64,000 bases of DNA, taken from contig CM059435.1 in assembly GCA_030390025.1 (NCBI GenBank), positions 106,020,001-106,084,000 of the forward strand. Direction: 5' to 3'. Made by a program: the position numbers and the translations under genes. Shown here one piece after another: positions 26,470 through 39,260 of the stretch (positions are counted from its first letter, which is position 1; every line of letters starts with the position of its first letter). The notes under the pieces were generated by a model. It saw only the letters and a program-made list of their open reading frames with translations, did not search any database and was not told the DNA's origin. The stretch comes from Squalus acanthias. Its lineage: Eukaryota.

Positions 26470-27720
26470 TCTTGACCCCTCCCACCACCAAGTACCTTGC
26501 TCAACTGCACTGGGCATCATCCGCTACACATGCCACTGTCTCTCATCAAGCAACCTCTTCCAAGCTGCATCATTGCCCTTTCTCGATTCTTACTCTGCCT
26601 GCTGTGCTTTTGTGGGGTCAGCTTCATCAATCTCCTTTCCATCCCTCTCTGCACCTCCCAATATTCTCTGGGGATATCAGAAGTGTGTGAAAGCTCACAA
26701 TCAGTATCCGACAGCCATTCTGTCCATATTGTTCTGCAAAATATCCACACTCCCAACAAGGCCCTTTCCATCCACAAAGTCATCGTGGACAAGCACGTTG
26801 ACATCCTTGGCCTACTGAAACCCGCCCACCAACAGTGTTTCTCCCCTCTCACGAAGATCACCCTGCCAGCTACATGTTTTGGTGTTACCCCGCCTTGCAA
26901 CCTCTCCTCGTTTTCAAGTGTCACCTAAAAACATTTCCTCTCCCACCACATTCACTCTTCCTGCTCAAAGTCCATCTCTCTCCCTGAAAAGTGCGCAGAC
27001 ACAATCGTTTATGTCGATGACACCTACCTCTCTGCTGCCACCACAACTCAAGGTGTTGCTGTACTATCCCGACTGCCTATCTGACATCAAATTCTCGATG
27101 ATTGAAATTTCTTATAGCTGATCAGCCAAGTGCAAATCTCTGGCTCTGATTGTCAATTCTACTCACTGACTGCTCACCAATGCCTCTACCTCTTCCTCAC
27201 TGCTGTTAAAACCGTCATCCACTCCTTAATCACCTTGAGGATCAATGTCACTAATGCTCTTCTTACCAGCCTTCCTGTTTCATCCTTTACAAACCTCAGC
27301 TAATCCCGAGCTTCGCAGCCCACATACCCATCACTGCCACACTCCAATAGCCCCTTTTGCTGATGAAGCATGGTGGTGATGGGAATGTGAGCCACAATTT
27401 CTTCGGGAATCTTCTTCAATAATAAGGTTCCAGCCCACAAACTTGTTCTGTTGAATCTAGATTACTAACTTTCCTTCACACCTCTGTTCCATCAATCTTT
27501 CAGCTATAGTGACACTGCTCTGAAACTTTCTCTCTAAATCTCTCTATCTTCTTGCCCGTCTCCCAGTCTTCAAAACTCCACTAAAATTCTAGCTCTTCAA
27601 CCTTGTCTTTGGTCTCGTTTCCCTAAATCACAAAAAAATGTCTCAGAACCACTCTTCCACCATTTAATGCACTAAGACTTTTATGTGGGACATGCTATGT
27701 AAATGTAAGTAGCTCTCATC
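26470..27720 (+). mobile_element. Highly degenerate L2-type LINE fragments
   Basis: Endonuclease-like NIHTPNKALSIHKVIVDKHVDILGL, a YVDDT-like RT remnant (~27010), DCLSDIK and a C-rich strand. Confidence 0.6.
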
Positions 27721-28513
27721 AGCAAGCTCCTCAACCATGAGTGCCCAAAGTCTGCACATGTGCACTTTCCATTAGGAGTCACTAAATGGTATGAAACCAA
27801 ACTAAGTTTTCTCCTCCCTCACCCCAGGAAGCTGGGGATAATTATCATGTTCTATTGCCCAGCACTGACATTCCACACTTTGATGAGCACAAAGAAATTT
27901 GCCAAAACAATTAAAGCTGGGGTGGGGGGGGGGGGGAAAATCATAGACACAAAGTCACCTGTATTGAAGATCTCTTCACTTCATGATACCCACAGCATTT
28001 AGGTCAAAATTGAATTTGGTTGACGAACCAAATGACATTGATTTTGTAGAAGAAGTTTAAGGAGTTGGGCACTAGATTGAAAAATAAGACCTCATGGATA
28101 GCAATCTCCATGTTGCTTCCTGTGCTGTGCGTTGGACAGGTCCAAGAGAGGAGGATTAGGCACGTCACCGTGTGGCTGCAGAAAGGGTTTCCATTCTTGC
28201 GGCATTGAAACCAGTTCCAGAAAAAGGGAAAATTATACCAAAGGGACACCCTTCACCTGAACCAAAAAAGCATTAATATTGTTGTGCAAAGGGTAAAGAG
28301 AGCAGTGGAGGAAGATTTAAATTAATATATTCAGCAGGTGGGGAAAGTCTGTGCTCAAGACTAGTGAGGCAGAGCGGGATTAATAAAGCTGTTGGAGTAG
28401 AAGCAGAATGTTTATGAAATAAATAGTAAGAAAAAGTTACTTAAGAAAGGTAAAAAGTTAGGAAGGTATAAAAGGCAGGAAGGCTCTGAGGTGGTGAATA
28501 CTGTCGTAGACCA

Positions 28514-28833
28514 GGGCAACACGGTGGCATAGTGGTTAGCACTGTTGACTCACAGCGCCAGGGACCCAGGTTCGAATCCGGCCTCGGGTGACTGTCTGTG
28601 TGGAGTTTGCACATTCTCCCCGTGTCTGCATGGGTTTCCTCCGGGTGCTCCGGTTTCCTCCCACAGTCCAAAGATGTGCGGGTTAGGTTAATTTGGCTAT
28701 GATAAATTGACCCTTAGTGTTAGGGGGGATTAAATACGTGGGGTTACGGGGATCGGGTGGGATATGTGTCGGTGCAGGCTCGATGGGCCGAAATGGCCTC
28801 TATCTGCACTGTGGGGATTCTGTGATTCTGTGT
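28514..28833 (+). mobile_element. V-SINE (HE1-like): tRNA head, V-domain, CR1/HER1-derived tail
   Basis: A box TGGCATAGTGG, B box GGTTCGAATCC, V-domain TGTGTGGAGTTTGCACATTCTCCCCGTGTCTGCATGGGTTTCCTCCGGGTGCTCCGGTTTCCTCCCACAGTCCAAAGA, and tail GATGGGCCGAAATGGCC..GATTCTGTGATTCTG. Confidence 0.92.
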
Positions 28834-28939
28834 GAGAAGGAGCCAGGTTACGAGAGGAAAAAAAAATAGGTTACTTCTTCCAAAATAAATTGGTCAAGGT
28901 TGAGTGGTATGTATGTGAATTCATAAAGTGTTTAATACA

Positions 28940-31900
28940 AAACTGGGCAGTAGAAGTATTAATAACTATGAAGGGGTATTACACAGAAGCTATAATGGAG
29001 AGAAAGTTTAAGTTTGGACAACAATGGGAATTTAATATTCCAGGTTATAACATTTTCAGGAGAGACAAAGAGTGGGTAAAGAAAGGCTGGCATGGCAGTA
29101 TTAATAAGGGATTCCATCACAGTGCTATAACATTACGAAGTTCTATGGGGTTGCAATAAGAAGGAATCAATATGGATTGAGTTAAGAAGAAAGGAAGGAA
29201 AATATTACAATTCTCAGTGTGCATTAAAGGCCAAAAAACAATGGAGATGGGATAGAAGGGAAGAGCTATATGCAGTTTAGAGAGATAAGCAAGAAGGGGG
29301 CAATAATATTGGGTGATTTTAACTATTCCAAGGTAGACTGAGATAAAGGTAACATAAGTGGTCGAAGTGGGGTGCAAGACTGCTTCCTAGACCAGTCTGT
29401 TCCTAGTCCAACATGGAAAGAAGCACTTCCTGATTTTAGTTCTGGAAAATTGGGCAAACAATTGATGTGAGAGTAGAAGAATTGGGAAATAGCAACCACA
29501 ACATAGTTAGGTTCAATGTGAAATTAAAAAGGATACATAAAATAAGGATGTTGCACCAGAAAATGATAATCATCAGTAAGATAACTGAATTGGCCCAAAT
29601 TAAATGGATAGCAGTTACCAAATAGGACAATGGCTAAAACAATGGCAAAATCCTCAAATACAGGGTAGAACATTACAAAACAGATCTATTCCTATAAGAC
29701 AAAAAGAGGTGCATCAAATGATGAGTTCAATTTAAACAATTTTACCCATATTCACAACCATCCCCTTGTCCGTACCATCTCTCGTGGCCTCTCTACTCCC
29801 ATGGTCTTCTTGATCGTTAACAAGGCCATCTCTGACCATTTCTTTGTATCCCTCACCACCACATTTCCGCAACCCACGTTGAACCCCACCTCATCTGCAT
29901 CAACCTCTGGAAAAACTCTTCCAAGTTACTTTCAAACTCCCAAGTGCCAAGGCTTTGGTCCTGCCATTCGCCAAGATAGTTTTGCAGATGTCGATTTACT
30001 CAACCCCTTCCTCACTTCACCTTTGATGCCTTTGTCCCCAGCAAAACCTGCAATTTGACACGATCAACCACACCATCCTCCTCCAACAACGTTCCTCCGT
30101 TGTCCAGCTCAGTGGGACTGTGCTTACTCGGTTCCACTCCAAGCCATTTACCTGTCCAATCGCAGCCAGAGCATCTCCAGCAATTGCTTCTCTTCCCAAC
30201 CCTACGCTGTTACCTCCAGAGTCCCCCAAGGAACTATGCTTGATCCTCTTCTCTTCCTCATCTACATGCTGTCCCATGACAACATCTGCAGGCATGGGGT
30301 CAGGTTCCACATGTAAACTGTGACACCCAGCTCTACCTCTCGTGACCCCTGTGTTGTCAGACTGCTTGTCCAACATCCAGTCTTGGATGAGCTGCAATTT
30401 CCTCCAGTTAAACACTGGGAAGGCCAAAGCCACCATCTTCAGTCCCCACCATAACCTCCTTACCCTCGCCACCAATTCAATCCCTCCTCCCCCAGCCACT
30501 GCAGGCTCAATCAGGCTGTTCACATCTTCAGTGCCCTATTGGATGCCAAGCATATAAAAAGTAAAAGAATTGTTAAAGCATGAAGGGGTAATCTTGGGGA
30601 GGATGAAGATATGGCAAAGATATTAAATAAATGTTTGGCATCAATTATTTTATTTTAAAAAATACTGGATGTGAAAATGTAGATGTACTGGAGAATAATG
30701 TGGAACTATTAGAGATAATTGTAGAAAAGGAATTGGTTCTGACAAAAATAGAAGTAAAGGTTTGTAAGTTATTGGGTCCTGATGGCGTATAGCCAAGGCG
30801 GTTGCAGGAAGTCAGAGAAGAGGCAGCAGAGGCTCTGACCACAACTTTTCAATCCTCCATAAATATACAAATTGCGCCAGGACACTAGAAGGTATAATGT
30901 AATCCCTCTGTTCAAGAAGTGATAAAAGGATACAGTACTGGGTAACTACAGACCAGTTATTCTAACATCAGTTATAGGCACATTTTTAGAATCCATAATT
31001 CAAGTCAAAATCAGTGACCTTTTAAAATTGTTGAGACAGACAATCAAGAACAGCAAGTCTGGATTTCTTTAAGGCAAGTCATGTTTGATCATGTTTTTTG
31101 GCACCGAAAAAGATTGGATAAAAGGAACACAGTACATGTAGTTCCTATGCATTTTCAAAAGGTATTCGATAAAGTGTCTCACACAAGGCTTGTTAAAAAA
31201 AAAATTCAAATGTACAGTATAGAGGACATATAGCAGCATGGATAGAAAGTTAGTTGATAGACAAGAAACAAAGAATTAGGGTTATGGGTGTTGCTGGCAT
31301 TCAAAAAGGATTGGAAGAGGTTTACCCAGGGGAGAGTGTTTGGTCCATTTTTGTCCTTACTAAAAGGTACATCATTTGGACATGGGTGCGGGGAGCACAA
31401 TATCAAAATTTGCCCATGCCACAAAAGTAGGTTTGGCAAACAGCAAGGTGAACCGTACAAGACTTCAAATAGACAGAAGGTTAGCCTAATGGGTAGACAG
31501 GGGGCAGATGCAATTTAATGCAGAGAAGTGTAAGGTAATACGTTTTGGGAGGATAAACAAGGAATGGGAGTATACTCTCAAAGGAAAGGTGCTGAAAGGT
31601 TTGGAGAAGAGGGAGACTGTTGGCTGCAAATACATAATTCCTTGAAAGTGCAAATGAAGGAAGGTAAAGCTAGAAAATAGCCTATTGCATTTTGGGTTTT
31701 ATAAATAGAGCATAGAATAAAAGAGCCACAGCTAAAGTATACTGTGTTCAGTTTTGGATGCCTCATTATAAAAAGGACATTCAAACTATAAAGTGCACAC
31801 AGTAATCACCAGTGATATGTAACAAAATTTATGAGGAGAGACTCGAGATATTATATCTATTTGTACTGGAGCAGAGACAGCCAAGAGGAAACATAACAGA

Positions 31901-32320
31901 GGTTTTTTTTTAATTATGAAGGGTTTTGATAGAGTGAATAGTGAAAGACTATTTTCTCTGGTATGGGAGTCAGTATAAGGGGTCATGAATTTAAAATAAC
32001 TACCGAGAGATTAGGAGAACTTTCTTTACACAACAAATTGTTAGAGCGTGGAATGCTTTGCCGGAGGCAGTAGCTGAGGCACAGGATTGAAACTCAGTTG
32101 TATACCTTCTGGTTTAGCCCAAGTGGACAGGGGGAAAAAGTCAGGAGCATGGGTACAGAGTTTTAAAAGGAAAGGTGAATATTTCAAGCAGAGGAAGATA
32201 CAGGATTATTGAGAGTGCACAGGACAAGAGGATTAGTTTTGGATTGCTCTAGCAAAGAACCGGCATTGACACAATTGGCTGAATGGGCTCCTTTAGTGCT
32301 GTAAACTTTTATGGCTCTGA
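28940..32320 (+). mobile_element. Old, internally deleted CR1 LINE ORF2 (EN to 3' tail), interrupted by an L2 fragment
   Basis: EN motif WEFNIPGYNIFRRD and a GDFN remnant, then GPDG, GNYRPV, GKSC, FQKVFDKVSH and PQG-like RT remnants, then a CR1 tail at ~32270-32320. Confidence 0.8.
29740..30545 (+). mobile_element. L2-type LINE fragment nested in CR1
   Basis: AISDHFFVS, an FDTINH-like remnant, and LSDCLSNIQSWMSCNFLQLNTGKAKA. Confidence 0.75.
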
Positions 32321-33399
32321 TATAGGTACAATAAGATTTCAACGGTTAGTAAAATTAGAATCCTTAGGCTGTTCAAAGCTAGAACGTCATAGCATTCCAC
32401 TACTCCAGGTAAACCACGATAGAACATGACATAGTATTTTTTCTTGGTTTTCTAAGTATTGAACTGTCAAACGCTGTACAACTGGTATCATTTTTTCCAC
32501 ATAGTCTCAAGAATACGTGATTTAAAAAATCAAATGACAGACAGATGGGCACAATGTGAATACGATCAGCAAACAGCTGCAAATTCTCAATTTTATCACC
32601 TTAGATTTGGTATACCATTCGTTTGCAATTAACTGTTAAAATCAATTATTATTGTACTCTGGATTCTAGCATTTCATTTTTTTTTAAATGTCAAGTGCTC
32701 ACTTTCTCAATTCGCCATTTTCTGTCCAACCAAAAGATGCACAATGAAATATTCATATCAAGTTAATGAGAGGAAATATTTTTATTTGCTCTCATTCCTT
32801 CTTAAAAGTACACAAATTCTTAGAAGTTAGAGGAAGGGAAAATTATTTTCTGAAATGTTCCAAGTAAACTTGAAGGCTCAGTAGATCTGTAAACGGGCTG
32901 CTCCTGTTTCTTTACTCTCATCCATAAGTCACATTTTCTTCTGAAATGTTTAACATTAGGAATACCATAACACAAGAGTAAAGATCTAGAACAGAAAATA
33001 TACAATATTCAAAAATGTATTTTTGTTTTATAAACTTTTAAATACAGTAGCTGATCTCCCATGGCGATGGACACGGGCACTCTGTTGTGATGTTTAGCAT
33101 GGTCCAACACCGAGCTGGGGAACACAGTGCAGTGGACATTGGGAGTGGAGGGTGGGCAGGGTGTAGAATTTTAAAATTAAAACAACTAGACCTCATGAAA
33201 AGTAGAAACTAGTCACCGTTTTCCTTCAGGTAACTATTGAGTTACCTACTTGATTGAATCACTACAGCTGCTTACTCTCTACAAGTTTTTCCTACTCAAT
33301 AGTGCTGGGGATGTAGCGACATTTTCTACCCACTTAAGAGGTATAGCTGTTTATTGTTAGTCAGACTACAGTATTTGTCCAACAACAAGTTACGGATAA

Positions 33400-34030
33400 G
33401 CCAGAACTTCCTCCAGTTGAACACTGGGTAAACCAAAAGTCATTTCTTTCAGCGCTCACCAAAATCTCCATTCCTTTACTGTCGAATCCAGCCCCCACTC
33501 ACTCAGGCTGAACCAGATGGCATACTACTGTGTTGTCCTGTTCAATCCTCAACTGAGTTTCAAGCCCCATACCCGATCCATCACTAAGACTGCTTATTTC
33601 CATCAATAGTGCCCACCTTCATCTTTACTTCGCCTCCACTGCTACTGAAACCCCTATCCATTATTGTATTGCCTGAAGATCCGAGCATAACAACACTCTC
33701 CCTCTGCCAGCCTCCTGAGCGCCATCCCATACAAATTCCACATTGTTCAAAACTCCGCCACCCACAACCTGACCTGCACCGTCCCACTTACCCATTCATT
33801 CTTGCCAACATCTACTTACAATCCCTTCATGGACTCGCTCAACCTCTGCAACCTCCACCAACCCTACATTCCAGCCCATGCTCTTCAGTCTTCTGACGCT
33901 GGCCTGCTGTGCTTTCGGTCATCACTCCAATTTTTTTTTAATTACTTGACATCAGTTTCTCCTCTATGAAGCACCTTCCGACATTTTCTACGTAGAAGGC
34001 ACAATATAAATCCGAGTAGTAGTTGGTGCG
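33400..34030 (+). mobile_element. Degenerate L2-type LINE 3' fragment
   Basis: AACTTCCTCCAGTTGAACACTGGGTAAACC (NFLQLNTGKT) and an L2-like tail near 34000. Confidence 0.6.
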
Positions 34031-34849
34031 AAAATAGTCTACTGCAATTACATCAATAGTGCCCAATCACCCAACTTCACAGTGCCATTAGTCAATCTTG
34101 AAATACCACTGACAGGAGCAAAAGGTCCAGACACTTTTTGCTTCAATCCGTTCTTGTCCGTTGATCAAAGATTCACTATCCGTTGTAGCATCCACTGTAA
34201 TGCTACCCAATACTTATGGTGTTCCTATGACACTATTATTGTAAATAAAAGATTATTTTGATTAATCGCACAGAATAGCCTAAGAGTTGCATGAATACAC
34301 TGTGATCCAATTTGGTACATCTAAAGTAATGGAAGGCCATTCAGTTTTACACCTGACAAAATATTTCTGGGCTTAAATGGATTTTTGTCTATTTTGGCTC
34401 CAAACATTTTCTTATACAAAATCTTATTGCAACTTTGACAGCAGGGAAGACATTACTGAGGCACAAGTAACACACGGTTTATTTTTAAGTGTTATATAAA
34501 AAAAATACCCAACAGCATCACATGCAGCCATTAAGCATCATCAGGTTCCAACAATGACCTCCTTGTTCATAAACTTCATCCTCAATAACTGACACCAAAC
34601 ACCATGACTGAAATACTGAGACCTTTGCTCGTTCAAATTCATTTTGCACAACTGTGTAAATGCAAATTAACAGTATTAATTGTGGATTGTACAAATTCTT
34701 AACTGATCTTCCAATGGATCAGGACTACTGTTGGAGAAAATTACAACTCCTTTAAGCAGAACAAGAGCAGCAAACTATTTCTGAAACAGGTCTTTTGAAT
34801 TCTTCTCATTATTATACTTGGTCAAAAAAAAAGGAAACAATAGCTGCTC

Positions 34850-35110
34850 AATAACAAGTACTAATATCTGTTTTTGTGGTGTTTGTTAAGGGAAGAGCAT
34901 TGGGCAGGACACTGGAGAAGAATCTGCTCTTCTTCAAAAAAATACCACTAGATCTTCAAATGTCCAGCTGAACAAACGCAAGTCCTCAGTTTAATGTCTC
35001 TTCCAACAATGCAGCACTCCTTCAGTACCATGTTGAAGTATTAGCTCAGCCCTGGAGTGAGACTTGAAACCACAGCCTTCTGATTCAGAAGCAACAATGC
35101 TACCAAGGTG
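34850..35110 (-). mobile_element. Degenerate DeuSINE/SacSINE1-like copy
   Basis: Similar to 47589-48029 (CTGCTCTTCTTCAAA, GCAGCACTCC, CTTGAAACCACAGCCTTCTGA). Confidence 0.6.
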
Positions 35111-35604
35111 ATGTATAATGCTTTTAAATACATACACATTAGCTAAATATTTGAAATATCAGTAAGCCATTTGAAAAAGGAAAATTCAAATCATTCTCTA
35201 GCAGGAATTTTATGTAATGAGCCAAACCAATCTTTAATTCAATCAATGCCTGGAACGGGAGTAATTTTTCCACAAACAGAAATGAATCTAGCAGCAGAAA
35301 GTGATTCTACATTCCATTGAATAGACTTCTGCATTCTAAATTATTCAAGCACCATTTGATGAATGACATTAACCTAATGCCTAACCTTTCATGGAAAAGA
35401 AGAGTACAGAAAAGGACCACAAAAAATGTGAACATTAACTCAATCACTATTGGATTCTTAAAGAAATTTTGCACTACTCCCTTTGAAATTAGCATTTTTA
35501 TTTCCCCATAGCTGTCCCACATCTCCTGATCAGTACTTCTCAATTGCTTTTAATGATTTGCTCATTCTAAAAGTCCACGAAAAAAAAAATCTATGAACAG
35601 ATGA

Positions 35605-35728
35605 AAATGGGGAGAGCGCGGGAATATGGTATTGAGATAGCGGATCAGCCATGATCATACTGAATGACAGAGCAGGCTCAAAGGGCCGAATGGCCTACTC
35701 CTGCTCCTATTTTTCTATGTTTCTATAT
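35605..35728 (+). mobile_element. CR1 3' tail
   Basis: GATCAGCCATGATC...GGGCCGAATGGCCTACTCCTGCTCCTAT, the reverse complement of the 7481 tail. Confidence 0.8.
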
Positions 35729-36059
35729 TTGAGCAAATTCCACAAGACGAGGTTCTCAGTGCAGAGCCTCACTCGATGGGACCACAGATTGACCCATGGT
35801 ACTTCCTTAATTTGGGCATTTCAACATCATGCAAGTTAATTTAGATGCCCAACACTGTCAGAAACAGGAGCTCCTCCAACCTAATTCCCCTTGTTATATC
35901 ACAACTACATGCTTGAACAGAAAATGAAATAAAACAAAAAAAGTTAATGTTAATAATGACTCTTCATAACTGATTTTTTTTTAAAGTTATTGTAAAGACC
36001 ACCCCCGGTCTCCCAAAGAAAAAGTTGCAGTTTGTTGACGTACTCTTTTTCTGAACCCT

Positions 36060-36810
36060 TGCCAACAACTCCAAGCCCCTCCCCGCCCACTGTATCAGTC
36101 TGAACTAGACTATTCACAATCTAGGAATCCTATTCGACCCCAAGCTGAGCTTCCAGCCCAATACCCTTTCCATCACAAAACCTGCCACATCCACCTCCAT
36201 GACATCCGGCCCTGCTCCTGCCTCAGCCATCTGACGCCAAAACAACCAATGCCTCGGTTTCCTCCAGACTCAACTAATCCAATGCTCCTCTGGCCGGCCT
36301 TTGATTCTCCACCCTCCGTAAACAGCAGTCCATCCAAAGCTCTGTTGTCTGTATCCTATCCCTCATCAAATCCTACCCTCCCATCCCCCCTGTCCCCAGT
36401 GATCTACATTGGCTTCTGGTGCCAGCCTGTCTCAACTTTAAAACGTTCATCATGGCATTTAAATCCCCACATGGCCCTGCCTCTCATTTCTATCTTCCTC
36501 TAGCCCTACAATCTCTCTCCTCAGAATTCTCCATTCCTGACTGCAACCTCTGGTGCATCCCCTCTCCCTTAGCCCCATCATTGATGACTATGCCTTCAAC
36601 AGCCTAGACCTTACACTCTGCAACTCCCTGCCTAAACCCCTCCACCTCTCCACCTCCCTCTCCTCCTTTAAAACCCACCTCTTTCACCCCTCTTAATATC
36701 TCCTTCTTTAGCACACATTCAATATTCTTCCCCTTACACCTCTGGTGAATTAGCTTGGGACATTTTTCTACATTTAAATCCCAATATAAATGCAACTCGT
36801 CATTGTTGAT
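36060..36810 (+). mobile_element. L2-type LINE 3' fragment
   Basis: C-rich decayed ORF (NLGILFDPKLSF, FKTFIMAFKS) and a ATATAAATGCAA tail. Confidence 0.65.
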
Positions 36811-36965
36811 GATAACTCATGCATTAAAAAATATTCATATGGTATTCATTAATAAAAATTCACACAACTGATATGAAATTAATTTCCCCTGAAAATATAA
36901 CCTTCTGAATAAATATAGCACTGCAGTATTGTTTTATCAGAGTATTTGTTGGATCTTAACACAAC

Positions 36966-37151
36966 GTAGGCTGCAAGTACCCTGTAACTGTAGCATTGAC
37001 GTGAAACAGATTTGCTCCGCACAAATGCTATAGTTGTGGTGTAAATCCAAAGTTAAGATCCCATTGGACTCTGGATTTGTACAACTTGGCACTGATGTGG
37101 AGCAAAAACTCTCTGCATTGATGTTATAGTTGTAGTGTAAATGTAACCTTA
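36966..37151. repeat. Short palindromic MITE-like units (related unit at ~8115-8190)
   Basis: Recurrent TGTGGAGCAAA / TTTGCTCCGCA and CTATAGTTGTAGTGTAAAT motifs. Confidence 0.5.
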
Positions 37152-38234
37152 CACTTATTGCATACATTTTCTCCAAGTAGACGTTAAAGTCTTTTATTTA
37201 AAAAAATACATTACATTTTACGATCATATTCTTATCCCTCCATAATTTAGGCCTAAACTGCAATTTCAGTAAGGAAAACTAATTAAGCCCAATTGGGTAT
37301 AGTGAGATAACTAGCAATAATAGAGGGGGGAATTGTCACATGACATTATCTCTACAAGGGATAAGTTAACTAGGATTGTGCTAATCATCATGGACATCAA
37401 ACATGCCATTTGAAGTTATTTTGCCAGTTGGAATATGTAATTGTACTTCAACTAGTAGTGTGTGATTTCCAATAATTATCTACTTTACGTAGACCGTACA
37501 TTCTTTAGAGCAGTTGTTTTCAAACTTCTCTGTGTGGGGGGCCTGCTGCAAGAACTGGCACACTCCGGGAGACCCGATCCTAACTTCTGAATGACTCGAG
37601 TGTCAGCTGCCCATAGAAAAACAGTCCCATTGTTACAGAAAATATACTGATTAGTATTCAGCAACAGAAATAACAAGCTTTTATGTGAGCAAATATAGAA
37701 AAATAAATAAACCTGATGACTGAAATCTGATAACTTTGTGGAGTCTCCATTTGAAAATCTATACTTTAGCAGGCTGTCCAGTACTTAATGAACTTCCCTA
37801 TGCTTAAAGGTGCACACACTTTTATTCAACATTTTCCATCATTTCAGAACAGTCCATGTACAAATGCAAATTTTAAAATCATGTTTATATAACAAAGGGC
37901 ATAATATCTGTAGATTTGAGAGGGTGGGAGAAAAGGGAAACACAACTGGATTAAAGTTTTTGATCAATTACAGACTACTCCCAAAAATTCAATCATTCAA
38001 ATTAAGCAACAAATAACCCACAACAAACTGGAAATATAATGTCCATCAAAACATGAATCAGATAATTCAAACGGTAACTTCAAATTAAGAGTAGACTCTC
38101 GTGTCCAAACTATATGCTATACTATAATCAATGCTTGACGCACTGATTGTAACTTGATTACAATATTTGTATTCCAACAGAGATATTTCTTCATGTAAGT
38201 AACCTACAATACTTGTTCAACCACTAGACATAAT

Positions 38235-38983
38235 GGGCAGGATTTTGCTGTAGAAATAACGGCGAAGCTAACAGCGCTCGCCGTTATTAAAGTGTAAATC
38301 AAACAGCAACTTCCGGTGACCACACATACGCAGTTAAACGTGGAAATCAGGAAGTTGCTGTCTGAGATGCCCTGTTCTTCCAGAAGCTGCGCTACGACGG
38401 TATCTCGCCGGCACTGAAATACATTGAACGGTGTGAAATTGCTGTACTTAGCTGATATACACCCACTAAACTCACCAGAAAGAGTCAGGGCATGTCCATC
38501 CCAGTTTAAGTAAATTTTTATACGCTGTGAAAAGTCTTAATTACAGCAAAACCACCTCTCTGACACTGAAAATTAACTTTTACAAGTGTAGTCTCATTCC
38601 TTCAGATTTTAATTATTGCTGGAGATTTAATAAAATAAAACTTAAAAAATGATTTTTTTTACACTCTGCCTCTTTCATCTCTCTTAATCCTTCCCTCTCT
38701 TTGTTTCGGTACCTGATTTGACAATGAATTAATATACTAACTGACAATTCCTGGTTCAGACTCTGAGTTGTCCTTAACAATTCTTCAATCTGATTGGTTA
38801 AGGAAATACACAGTTGCTTGCCCTGTTCATACAGGTCCCAGATCCTCTGTAGAGGACGCTGTGCTGAAATGGCTCTCCCATTACAGTAAGCTCCGGTGCA
38901 AAAATCCCATAGGTCTGTAGGCAAGTGCAAGCGTAATGAACAGCTGGCGCCGTTCATTCGCAGTCGAGAGCAAAATCCTGCCC
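38235..38983 (-). mobile_element. Harbinger-like ~750-bp family, copy 3
   Basis: Perfect 15-bp TIR GGGCAGGATTTTGCT, TSD AAT, colinear with copy 2. Confidence 0.85.
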
Positions 38984-39184
38984 AATACTTGTGCGAACAA
39001 TGCAGACAACAACTACGTCCCAATATACTTTAATCTTTTCCAAAAAGTATAATCTACTCTCCACAAACTTTACTATTCTAACCATGCATATAACAATGAC
39101 TTTGAAGACTCAGTGGCCATCAAACTCAAGTAACTTTGTGAAGACAAGTACATCTGAGTGATGTGACGCCATCAAAGTCAAAGA

Positions 39185-39260
39185 CTAATTGGATAGCTCT
39201 AGCAAAGAGCTGACACAGGCACGATGGGCTAAACGGCCTCCTTCTGTGCTGTATCATACT
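39185..39260 (+). mobile_element. CR1 3' tail fragment
   Basis: TTGGATAGCTCTAGCAAAGAGCTGACACAGGCACGATGGGCTAAACGGCCTCCTTCTGTGCTGTA. Confidence 0.7.

Noticed and set aside
27919-27936. G-run (also the C-run at 62564-62588) as a G-quadruplex element
   Set aside because: Simple homopolymer tracts with no supporting context.
28514-28590. tRNA gene (also the SINE heads at 14501, 48989 and 51453)
   Set aside because: The A/B boxes run directly into SINE bodies, with no complete cloverleaf or terminator.
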